Shown one piece after another: positions 19,523 to 29,189 of a DNA stretch of 64,000 nt. Below the pieces are notes generated by a model that saw only the letters and a program-made list of their open reading frames with translations, did not search any database and was not told the DNA's origin. The translations under genes were made by a program, and so were the position numbers. The stretch's first letter is position 1. Every line of letters starts with the position of its first letter. Source of the stretch: a virus (taxonomy: Duplodnaviria; Caudoviricetes); IMG/VR virus record IMGVR_UViG_2834101283_000005, positions 7,010 through 71,009 of that record; one strand, given 5' to 3'.

Positions 19523-19699
19523 ATGGAAGCTATTTACGCTAAAAGCAACATCTGGAAAGCCATCAGGGCCAAGTGCATGGACTGTTCCGGCAACGTGTTT
19601 AAGGAAGTTGAACACTGTGCCGTCAAGAACTGCCCCTTGTATCCTTACCGCTTTGGCAAGTCCGAAAAAGTGTACAAGAAAAAGGCTCAGAAAGCTTAG
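19523..19699 (+). CDS. Small Cys-rich protein (58 aa; not in ORF track)
   Basis: MEAIYAKSNIWKAIRAKCMDCSG...CAVKNCPLYPYRFG; SD AAGGAG. Confidence 0.7.
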   Translation: MEAIYAKSNIWKAIRAKCMDCSGNVFKEVEHCAVKNCPLYPYRFGKSEKVYKKKAQKA

Positions 19700-19738
19700 A
19701 TTTTAGATTTGAGACATACCCTTTAGCGACAAAATCAC

Positions 19739-20839
19739 ATGTCGACGATTCCGCTTATGATTTATCCTAAAGGGTGTGTACATAAAATTAGATACGAAAG
19801 GGTTGATAATTTGGTTGAGATTTTTATTGTGATTACCGTATTGGTAATTTTGTATATTTGCATTTCATGGTATCAAGGTTCCAAAGACGAAGCGGTAGGT
19901 CGCAAGGACATGATGGCGGATTACGCCGACGCCAAGAATGGATTAACCATGTTGTGCAATAAGATGCTCCGATATGGCGTTCCGCACTCGGAAGTCATCG
20001 AGTTGGTCGATAAGGCTGCCGATGCGGCATTGCTTGCGGATGCCCTGCAAGTGGGTGCGGAAGAAGATAAATATGTGCCTTTGGTGGCAACATATGACGG
20101 CGTAGATATTACGATTCAGCCGGAATGGAGCGACCTTGAAAGACACGCTTAGTCTCTTTAACGAGATTCGCGAGATGTACCCGCTTGTTAAAGACACTGA
20201 CGCCACCCAGGCGTACAATCTGATGCAAAAAGCAAACCTGCTGCGGGCTACATTGGATGAGTTTGCTGTAGAGTGCGACAAGGCTGCCATCGTGGCAAAG
20301 AATAATATCGACGTGGTTAAGTCGTACTTGTCTTATCAGTTTGACCCCAAAAACAGCACTAATGGGAACCGCCGGGCCATGTGCTGTGACTCCTATAAGG
20401 ATGCGGTCGAGGCTTACGCGGATGCCAAATCCAAGGCCGACCTGTACGCACGACAAATTGAATTCCTTAAAAATGTTTCCTTCCAGATGTTCGCTGTGTG
20501 GGACAACTGCCGGAAAGTAGGCGAGCGGTATTGATTGTTCACTACTTTTTGGTTGATTACGGCAATAGTGGCGACATCTATGACATTGGCTGTGTGGGCG
20601 ACTTGGACGCCTTGAAAAAGTATTGGCAGGGAATCAGCCGGGACGTGCGGTACAAATACACGCAGGAGTTGCACGAATTCAACGAGAACGGCAAACCAAG
20701 ACGGCTCCCCAAGGGATGCGGGAAATTAGGGAATGCTGGTTATGCCGTGTCCTGCAAGTTCTTCTGCGATTTTCCGCAAAGTATCACGCGGTCGATGCGG
20801 TTGAAATATTTTGACGAGAGGTATAAGTTTGTTGACTAA
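19739..20839 (+). CDS. Three hypothetical proteins (19739-20152 N-terminal TM, 20136-20534 coiled-coil, 20498-20839)
   Basis: Overlapping operonic ORFs. Confidence 0.55.
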
Positions 20840-21437
20840 CGAAGAACAGTATATCCAATTTGAACGTACCGAACGGTTTAAAGAATGGGAACAGGATAAG
20901 CGGCAGCGAGGATTGGCCCAGACATTATCGGAGGGTATGCTCGATTATGTCCCACCCCCGGATGTCATCTTGAGTGCTGCTGAACGAAAGAAACTTATCG
21001 CTGACATGATTCGGAGCCTGCAGGAATATCTTGGTGATGATTGTTTCGAGTTCCTTTGCCGGTATCACCTGAGCGAAGAAACTGCGGACGACTTGGCGGA
21101 AGCTTATGGTGTCTCCAAACGGACGGTGTATCGAACGGCAAGATTGAACGATGCGGTCGCTCGGAATTTCCTTCTGGGGGCATTCGAGGATTGCTTGGAA
21201 GCAGTCTATTATACGCCGCCCGGTAAATCTTCGTCGGGAATCATTGGCCCTATGTTCCAATTTGAATACGAACAGAAGCGGCCGCATAAAATCTACAAAT
21301 ATAAAGGTAAGAGGGCCAAAACCAAGTGTATGATACCTGAGTATCTGGAATGCGCCTTTGGGGATGCGGCTACGAAATGTAGTTTATGTTTCAATGATTG
21401 GGGTGGTAGCACATGCAAGAGGCATTTGGAAAATTAA
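20811..21437 (+). CDS. Sigma70 region-4-like HTH transcription factor with C-terminal Cys cluster (candidate late activator)
   Basis: YHLSEETADDLAEAYGVSKRTVYR HTH; terminal C..C...C....C. Confidence 0.5.
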   Translation: MTRGISLLTNEEQYIQFERTERFKEWEQDKRQRGLAQTLSEGMLDYVPPPDVILSAAERKKLIADMIRSLQEYLGDDCFEFLCRYHLSEETADDLAEAYGVSKRTVYRTARLNDAVARNFLLGAFEDCLEAVYYTPPGKSSSGIIGPMFQFEYEQKRPHKIYKYKGKRAKTKCMIPEYLECAFGDAATKCSLCFNDWGGSTCKRHLEN

Positions 21438-21581
21438 TGGATGCATATTGCGAGTTAATAGATAACCATCCCGTTGGATGTTTGTTAGGGCTTGTAATTT
21501 TTAGTATAGCGTTCGAGGTGACATTTGGGCCGATTGTAACTTCTTTAGCTTCGGTGTGTATTAGCTTCGTCGCTCTTGTTG

Positions 21582-22154
21582 TTACGTTTTTGGCTTCTCG
21601 CTAGGCGGTTTAAACACCGACACATCAACATCTCTCCTAAAGGTTTTCCATGGAGTTTCAACGATTAATTCTGCCGAAAATGCTCGCGGTTTATCAATTA
21701 AGAAGTATGCAAATCCAAATTCTATAGTATAAGCATCTATTTTTAACGGCGGGATTAGTTGTTTGTCTACATGCAAGACAGATAAGGTGTCTAAGTCCAA
21801 GGGGAATATCTCACCTTGGACTTTTGTATGTGGGCTAGTGACATATTTTGTTTTTACTCTATCGTGAGGGCGTAAATAGATGCGGCTCACAGATATAGGA
21901 GCGGAAGCTTTATTAGCTAACTCTAGCCATAAACAACAACGTGCTTTTTGGTCATACCCTACTTTCTCTAAAGGTGAAGCGAGAAAGGAAATTGAAGTTT
22001 CTTTATTATAAAAAATTTCTAACTTAGGTCTGGAATTCCAGTATGCCTTTATTGATAGCGCCGCAGTGGCAACCGAAATCAGAAAAGCTAGGGTGGCAAT
22101 AACATCTGAGTATTTTAATACTTTAATTAATGGTGCCAAATCCAAAATTATCAC
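21582..22154 (-). CDS. Low-GC membrane-anchored moron protein
   Basis: N-terminal TM (ATLAFLISVATAALSIKAY) followed by a soluble domain; opposite strand to neighbours. Confidence 0.7.
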   Translation of the reverse strand: MIILDLAPLIKVLKYSDVIATLAFLISVATAALSIKAYWNSRPKLEIFYNKETSISFLASPLEKVGYDQKARCCLWLELANKASAPISVSRIYLRPHDRVKTKYVTSPHTKVQGEIFPLDLDTLSVLHVDKQLIPPLKIDAYTIEFGFAYFLIDKPRAFSAELIVETPWKTFRRDVDVSVFKPPSEKPKT

Positions 22155-22302
22155 TTCCGATGTTCAAAAAATAAGGATTGGAAAACTTTGAAATCCCAAA
22201 GCCAAATCTATTCTACTCCAAAAATAAAAAATGAGAAACTCCAAAAATAAGAAATCCAAAACTTGAAATTTTCTACCAGAAAAATAAGAATTGGGTACAA
22301 AG

Positions 22303-22350
22303 AAAACCGCCATTGGTAGCTCTTAATGAGTTGTCATTTGGCGGTTTTTG
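22303..22350. terminator. Bidirectional intrinsic terminator
   Basis: AAAACCGCCA...TGGCGGTTTTT. Confidence 0.7.
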
Positions 22351-22956
22351 TCATTCTCTATAGTTTTCTTTTGTGTCATTCCCTGCAGGCTTTTCGGGAG
22401 TTTCAGTGGTTTTGTTATCTGTGTTATCTGGAGTATCCTTTTGATTGACGCGCCTTAAAATGTCGCTTAGTTTGTCGGAGATGTCTTTCATCTCGCTTTT
22501 TGTGGTCTCCTTTGAGAATTGGGATATAAGTTTCAGGTCTGCTTTGGTTACTTCGTCCGATTTGCTCAAGCTTCTTCGTTGCAAGCTCATGTATAAATCG
22601 TCGAGACATTCTTCTTCGGTCATCGGAAGCGGTAGCTTGGTATCTTGGTCGTAATGCGTAGGGGATGAGAAGAAATATTTCCCGATGCGGAACCTTGATT
22701 CTGGTGCGCTTATGTATTTATCTATATCTTTTTCAAAATCAGCAACCCAAGGGATATTTATGATACCCTCTGCCGCATCTTGGATGTCTTGAGTCTTAAC
22801 GTTCAGGAGGTCTTTAAGTTTATAATTGGCTGCAAATAATTTCAGCATAAGTTGGATGTATGCAGAGCGAATCTTAATTTTTTCTATTTTCTTAAATACC
22901 GCAACAACTTCTTTGTCTTGGTTTTGCGGAGTCAGTATCATAAATTTCACCTCCAT
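22351..22956 (-). CDS. Hypothetical protein, weakly resembling a degenerate tyrosine recombinase
   Basis: YKLKDLLNVKTQDIQD and KYFFSS resemble LRISDLVKLKPEDIKD and EYLFQS of the 30537 recombinase. Confidence 0.55.
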   Translation of the reverse strand: MEVKFMILTPQNQDKEVVAVFKKIEKIKIRSAYIQLMLKLFAANYKLKDLLNVKTQDIQDAAEGIINIPWVADFEKDIDKYISAPESRFRIGKYFFSSPTHYDQDTKLPLPMTEEECLDDLYMSLQRRSLSKSDEVTKADLKLISQFSKETTKSEMKDISDKLSDILRRVNQKDTPDNTDNKTTETPEKPAGNDTKENYRE

Positions 22957-23759
22957 TTAGTTATTTGGTTAACCTTTATTACATTCTATCATATCATAGC
23001 AACTTATACAACTATAATTTATTGGCATTGATGATTAGTAAATGAGTGAGTATATGTTAATATAATTAATGTATATGCCGCATAAGTTTTAAAATTTGTC
23101 TTCTATTATATATAATTTGCATAATATGACAATATATATTATTTGTAGTTAAAGTGTTAATGAGATTAAATAGGTAAATATAGTGGGAATAAGTAGTATA
23201 TATAGTGGATAGTATAAGTAATATATAGTAAGTATAAGTAGTGGTATATAGTAGTAGGTAATAGTTTGAAGAAGGTAGTAAGTCGGCCGGGCAACCAGAA
23301 CGAAAAAGTTTGGGCCAGTGAAGGCTGCGCGTCTTGTCCTGCGGGCGGCTGACCGATAGGCCACGACGCCCATTGTGACGGTCTACAAGTAGTAACCTTG
23401 CACAATGTCGCCATATTTGCCGATTTGACGGCCTAAAATTTTCTGTAGGTATAAAACCATTAGCGGCCGTATTTTCGTGTCTTAAATCGGCAAATATGAA
23501 ACATTCGACGCAGCGACGGCGGCAAAATAATTTGCAAAATATGGGGAACGCCCAAAAATCGCCCATTTTGCCACCTGTAAGGCGTTCTATTTGTCGGCAG
23601 GTATAAAACCATTCAAGGCAAAAATAAAACGCCTTAAAACGGCAAATTCAAAGGCGTTCGGGTGTTGATTATGTGAGATTTTAGAGGTAAAATAAATATG
23701 GCACTACGCCACTACGCGGCAGGCGGTCAAACCTTGCCCCTAGAATTGGGGTGTTGCGT

Positions 23760-23831
23760 ATGGACAACATCAATACAACGATTGTTTTGTTGATTATGTT
23801 TGCTCTTGTATTGCAGCACATAAAGAAATAA
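23760..23831 (+). CDS. Type I toxin-like hydrophobic peptide (23 aa)
   Basis: MDNINTTIVLLIMFALVLQHIKK. Promoter TTGATT-N17-TAAAAT (23665-23693); SD within a CCCC/GGGG hairpin; downstream AAGCCGC...GCGGCTT stem. Confidence 0.7.
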   Translation: MDNINTTIVLLIMFALVLQHIKK

Positions 23832-23953
23832 GCCGCCCATAGGCCCAACTATTAGCGGCTTAATTTCTTGCTAGTATTTATACGGGCATGGCCGTCTGTT
23901 GGCGTAGTGCCTTTTTACGTCTTCATAATAGCAGATTGACCGGCGCAAGTCAA
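23830..23953 (-). ncRNA. Candidate antisense antitoxin RNA and its promoter
   Basis: Minus-strand TTGACT-N17-TATTAT (23953-23925), convergent on the toxin 3' end. Confidence 0.5.
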
Positions 23954-24029
23954 GCGGCCCAAACGTACAGACCACGCCGGAAATCTCAACAGGCACAAAA
24001 AAAAAGGGCCGCCTTAGTGGCGGCTCTTG

Positions 24030-24086
24030 TTATCCTTTTAAGTTTACAATTATCCAGACCAGCAGTGCGGCCACTATTGTGCCCAT
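24030..24086 (-). CDS. 18-aa hydrophobic peptide
   Basis: MGTIVAALLVWIIVNLKG; SD GAGGTG, upstream TGTTATAAT, followed by a GC-rich terminator with a U run. Confidence 0.5.
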   Translation of the reverse strand: MGTIVAALLVWIIVNLKG

Positions 24087-24130
24087 GATTACACCTCATT
24101 TCTTATGATACATATTATCAATTATAACAA

Positions 24131-26119
24131 CTAATCCAATACAAAATACTTCACTCTATACCCCAATTCATGACATTTATTATAGTATAATAATTCATTT
24201 GCAAATTCGAAAAATCCTTTTTCGGTGCGCCCTTCTGATTGACTTACAAGGCTAGGAAAAGCCCATTCACTGCACAAATTTTCCTTATCCATGCAGGCGA
24301 ACACGTCAAACCCTTGTAAATAAGCTTTTAAAGCTTGTGTTTTATTAACTCTAACGTACTTTTTGCCGTGCAAGTTATATGTTTCTTGTCTCATCCTGCG
24401 CCACCTCCTACAACGGAAACAATGTATTGACTAGCCAGCTACCGAAAAGGCACCACAAGGCAAGTAATATCATTACAGGAATAGGGGATAAATATTCGAT
24501 TAAATTCCAAAATTTTTCAAACATACGAATCGCCGTCCTTTAATTTTTTCAAAATATAATTGATATTAATTTGCATAATAAGACAAGTCTTCGACGGGCG
24601 AAAGGTTAAGGCCGAATTCTTTATTGTGAATTTTGCAAAGAATTGCACATGCTTTTTTGAGTTTCCACGGCGCAAGATAGCGATGTAATGTATACGCCGC
24701 TTTTATGTTTGGGGCACGGTCAAACGCATATGCGTTATGCAACATAATTGTGTCCTCATAGTCGAATGCGTTTGGGTCCCCTTTTAAGGTAAAATAGTCA
24801 AATTTTCCAATAGAATTCCTTACAACGCGCCATTCAACGCCTGCAATTTTGTATGTCTGTTTCATAATGTGCACCTCTTCTAAATTCCGTAAATCTTATC
24901 AAAGTCATTCCTATACGTGTCTTTGAAAATACTATCTAAGTCATGCAAAATACAGATACAAGCGGCGACATGGTTATTATATTCGTCAAGAATCGCCTCA
25001 AAGTTGGCCGCCTGCGCCTCAATCATTTCTATGCGTTGGCGCATTCCTTCACGGCCTCTATTGATAGCCTTCACAATGGCCGGGGCGTTTACGCGTTCTG
25101 TTTTGCCAACTACGCGCGCCCATGGGCGGTCACTGTTGTTCATTAACGCCATGACTGCGTATGTGTAGCAGTTGGCCGGGCTTGCCAAAATTTCAAAATG
25201 TCCGTTGTTCATTTCATAGCCCCTGCATACGGCTTTTCCGTCTGCCGACTTGACGGCCCGTAAAGCGTCATTAAATCGCTTATTAAATTGCTTACCGTCG
25301 AATTTTTCAACGACTGCAATAATAGCTGGGGCCATTTCAATATATTTTTTAAGCATTTCAATTTCGTTTGTGATAGCCTTCATTTTTTTGTCTGCATTAT
25401 ACATCATGATATTCTCCCCCTATTTTTCGAATCTATCGGCATAGCCTTCTATTAACCACGGCACCAAACGGCCATATTTTTCAATTTCTCTCATCATCTC
25501 AGCAATGACTTGCACTGAATTTTTATAAAGAGCATAGAATAAGCTACTAGCCCCTATAAACTGCTGAAAAGCTTGATTTTCCTCTTCCCGTTGTCCTGCT
25601 TTTCTAAAAGTGAAATAAGCGTCCAAACGGTCAGCCATATACGTTACTGCTACTATTTTTTCTTTTCTAGTCATAATCAATTACCTACCTTCCTTTTATT
25701 TCAAAATATTCTATATGTTTTTTCCAGTCGTCAACTTGAAAATCAGCAACCACGCAGGCGACTATATAACTTTCATCGCTTGTAAGTTTTTCCTTTTCGT
25801 AAGCCTTAAAACGATATACTAAGCCTTCATATTTGCGAATCATGGCCCCATAGGTTAAAAAGCCATAATCTTCATACAGCCGATTTATTTCATTGGCTGC
25901 ATATTGCAATGACTTATAATATTCACGGTTACAAGTGATACATAATGCCGCATTTACGACTTTTTCAATATCGAAAGAGTCAATGCCTAGAATATTCGCG
26001 TATTGTTCGGCAACTTCTGACGTGCTGCCGTAACATTCTGTAAATTTTTTTGTCCAATAGTCTTGCGATTTTTGAGTGTTTAACATGTGAATCATCCTTC
26101 CAGATTTTAAAATATTCAT
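24131..26119 (-). CDS. Early operon of small hypothetical proteins (25685-26119, 25420-25680, 24880-25407, 24566-24874, 24408-24524 membrane peptide, 24131-24394)
   Basis: Co-oriented, each with SD; downstream of TTGACA-N17-TATAAT at 26221-26193. Confidence 0.75.
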
Positions 26120-26301
26120 TACATGTATGTATTTGTAATTACATAAACGGTTATTTTTTTAGGGGCTTTTCCCTGCCCCTTATCTTGATTATATTATACC
26201 TCCGTTGTAATTACATGTCAATACAAATGGATTAAATTAATTACAAATATTGACATGTTATTACAAATAATTTATACTTAATCAAAAAGGGGGTGCATTG
26301 T

Positions 26302-26463
26302 ATGGAATTGCAAAAGGAAAAAACCAAAGTTTTACAAATTAGAATAGAAGAGCATTTATTACAAGATTTTAATACAATCACGAAAAAATATAGCATAAAT
26401 AAAAGCGAATTAATTAGGAAATGGATAGAAAAATATGTTAATGACCATAAAGAAATAGAGTAG
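26302..26463 (+). CDS. Ribbon-helix-helix repressor 1 (53 aa; not in ORF track)
   Basis: KTKVLQIRIEEHLLQDFNTITKKYSINKSELIRKWIEKYV is an RHH pattern; promoter TTGACA-N17-TATACT (26250-26278). Confidence 0.8.
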   Translation: MELQKEKTKVLQIRIEEHLLQDFNTITKKYSINKSELIRKWIEKYVNDHKEIE

Positions 26464-26488
26464 GGGCGGGCTATAGCTTGCCCTTGTT

Positions 26489-26843
26489 TTAAATTTCAAT
26501 GTCTTGCAAATAGGCGATAAGGTCAGCCACTAAGGCAGCACGTCCTGCCGATAATGGCGGTCTAAATGTGTTGGTGTCGTCGTACCAGGCTGAACAAATG
26601 TCGTATAGTGTCATAGCAATCAACCTCCTAAAATTCCCGCCCGTCGGCGAAAAGGGTGTAAATAATTTCCCCGTTTTCATCTTCTACGTCGACACCGGCA
26701 AAATTTACGCCTCCATTGTCAAGCAACTCATGGGCGAATTCGATAGCGGTATCAAGGCTATCGAATTCTTTCCATTCCATGTCAGTTTCTTCCCATTCGT
26801 CGCCCGTGGGATAAAATTCATAATTCAAAATATATTTACTCAT
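26489..26843 (-). CDS. Two small early proteins (26628-26843 highly acidic; 26489-26680)
   Basis: SD GAGG; downstream of a TTGACA-N16-TATAAT promoter. Confidence 0.7.
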
Positions 26844-27033
26844 AATTACAACCTCTTTTCTATGTACGCTGTTTGTTCGTACAAAATATTTTAAAATTTT
26901 TTAGGAAGGTTTTTACTTCCTTCCCTTATCTTGATTATATTATACCTCTTGTACGTACAATGTCAATAGAAACAAAAAGAAATTTGCACATTGTACGGAC
27001 GTATGATATAATCAAAAAAAAAGAGGTGGTAAT

Positions 27034-27195
27034 ATGAAAACAAAAGACAATAAAACCGAAAGAATATACTTCCGATTAACAAAAGAAACAAAAGATAAAT
27101 TTATAGAAACATTAGAAAAAAATGGGGACACTATGAGTGGCTTTTTGCAGCGTTCAATAGTTGCATATATCAATAAAAACGAAAAAGAGGCGTAG
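27034..27195 (+). CDS. Ribbon-helix-helix repressor 2 (53 aa; not in ORF track)
   Basis: KTERIYFRLTKETKDKFIETLEKNGDTMSGFLQRSIVAYI; promoter TTGCAC-N17-TATAAT (26984-27012). Confidence 0.8.
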   Translation: MKTKDNKTERIYFRLTKETKDKFIETLEKNGDTMSGFLQRSIVAYINKNEKEA

Positions 27196-27301
27196 GCATA
27201 GCAAAATATATGGTTTTAGAAAATAATTGCTTGCAAATGGTTGACATGTGGCGACATGTATGATAAAATAACACCCCAATAAAAAAAAGGAGGGCTACAG
27301 T

Positions 27302-27538
27302 ATGTTTTATCTACATTTACAAGTATGGCAACATGGCGAATTGACTTATGAAGGAAATATTAGTGAAGAATTTGAAACCGTAGAGGACGCTATCACATTT
27401 GTTAATCGCGGAAATGTTTGTAAAGCAGACTCTTCAAAATGGGATTATGATTTTCATGGCAACATCTTTGAATTATACGACATAAAAAAAGACATTGAAT
27501 ACAAATTGCAAATAAAGCGCGACTATAGCGATGATTAA
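27302..27538 (+). CDS. Small acidic early protein
   Basis: Own TTGACA-N17-TAAAAT promoter and SD GGAGG. Confidence 0.7.
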   Translation: MFYLHLQVWQHGELTYEGNISEEFETVEDAITFVNRGNVCKADSSKWDYDFHGNIFELYDIKKDIEYKLQIKRDYSDD

Positions 27539-27580
27539 GGCATAAAAGAGCCGCCCGGAGTGGGGCGGCTTTTTATTAAA

Positions 27581-28063
27581 TCATTTATTCCAGCGTTCAG
27601 GGTACATTTCTTCCTTTATAATATCGCCGTCGTCGTTTGTGTAAACGTTGCGACGCAACCAGCCATTTTCTTGATATGTGTCAACTATAATACTATCGTG
27701 CGACACATGTATATTTACCTCTTCATTATTTTCATTATGGCCGGTATATATGTATTTACTATCCCCGAACTTTTCCATAATTTCCAGCAAACCGTCGTAG
27801 TCCGTAGGGTCAACTACAAATACAGCTTTTTTCTTTTCCATGTTTGTACCTTCCTTTTTTATAAATAGAGGGGCGAATTGGCACCCCATGCCTGCCGCTA
27901 ATTTTTCCAGTGTCTCAATAGTGACGTTCTTTTTACCGCGCTCTATCTTGCTTATTTCACTTTGGGCAACGCCGGAGGCAGCGGCTAATTCTTTTTGTGT
28001 CATTCCTGACTCTTTGCGTGCGTCAATTAAACTATAGAACACGCATTTATTATCGCTATTCAT
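27581..28063 (-). CDS. XRE-family HTH protein fused in frame to an acidic domain
   Basis: ARKESGMTQKELAAASGVAQSEISKIERG...TLEKLAAG; internal SD and ATG (KKEGTNMEKKK). Confidence 0.8.
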   Translation of the reverse strand: MNSDNKCVFYSLIDARKESGMTQKELAAASGVAQSEISKIERGKKNVTIETLEKLAAGMGCQFAPLFIKKEGTNMEKKKAVFVVDPTDYDGLLEIMEKFGDSKYIYTGHNENNEEVNIHVSHDSIIVDTYQENGWLRRNVYTNDDGDIIKEEMYPERWNK

Positions 28064-29141
28064 CCATTACCTCCCTCCCTTTATCTATATATATTATATA
28101 TGTTTTCCCTCATATTGTCAAGAAAAAATATAAGAAATAACTAATATTTTTATTATATCAAATGTCTTCTATGAGTGTACGCAATTAATCAACGTATATA
28201 GACTTTTGCGGCGTTTTTTATTGTTTGTATGTGATTATACCTATTTTTCTTTTTCGTGCGTCATACGGGCAAATAGGGGCATGCCTTATCTGTATTTTGT
28301 TGTAGTGGATAATGGTTATTCATAAGGCTGCGCGGGAAATAAAAAATTTTTTCGTTCATAGTCTCATTCTTATATATAGAGTAGTAAGGGATAAAAGCAT
28401 ATAAAAGGTAGGTATCTATTTTTGTTTATGAACGCGCATAGGTCTTTATATAGGTTTAGATAGGTGTATCAAAAAAGGCGCAAAGGGCATTGCGATAGCT
28501 ATGATATTTTGCGTATTGTGATGAGTCCTATAGGTCTATATAGATACAATATATGTATACCTATAGGGGTATAGGGTGCCTTAGGGTAATATAGTTTGGG
28601 CCGCAAGTATAGAAGCGCGCGAGAGATATATCATACTGTTGACTAAGTCAACTATCTAAAATCACAAGTCCAGGCTGGCAAAAGGGGCGACATGGGGCAG
28701 ACGATAAGGCCATAGGGGGTATATTAAATAATAATAAATTAAAGTAAATTTAATTAAAATAAAATAAAAATTGATAACACAAATGAGAACAAATGCGAAT
28801 CTTTTACAAATCTTTCGCATTCCGCATAACCATGCCGTCTTTCGCAATTCCAAAAAGCCCTTTTTTATTCGTCTCCGGCGGCGTATTACCCCTCGAAATC
28901 ATCCCCACAAAATTTCACTAAAGGAATCACTTCAAGGGTGCCATCCTGGTCGTCTTCTCTGATTCCAAAAGGGGACCCAAAATAGGACTCCAAAAGCCAT
29001 CAAAATTACCCCCAAAATGGCTATAAATGACATATGTCAAAAACATGCTATATATCGCTCCCCATGATACCGCACCCCAAGAAGCCTAAAATTGAGATTC
29101 TTTTGCGAATAAGACGATTCTCTTGAGAATAATCAAAAATC

Positions 29142-29181
29142 GTGTCACAAAATGGCACTTTCAGACATTATATATAGAGGG
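29142..29181 (+). promoter_or_regulatory. 40-bp conserved phage promoter motif, copy 1
   Basis: GTGTCACAAAATGGCACTTTCAGACATTATATATAGAGGG, identical to 31853-31892. Confidence 0.8.
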
Positions 29182-29189
29182 AGCATTTT

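Noticed and set aside
22160-22295. CRISPR or type III TA repeat array
   Set aside because: The repeats are short, degenerate and irregularly spaced (about 54, 22 and 38 nt), and there are no cas genes or toxN-like ORF.
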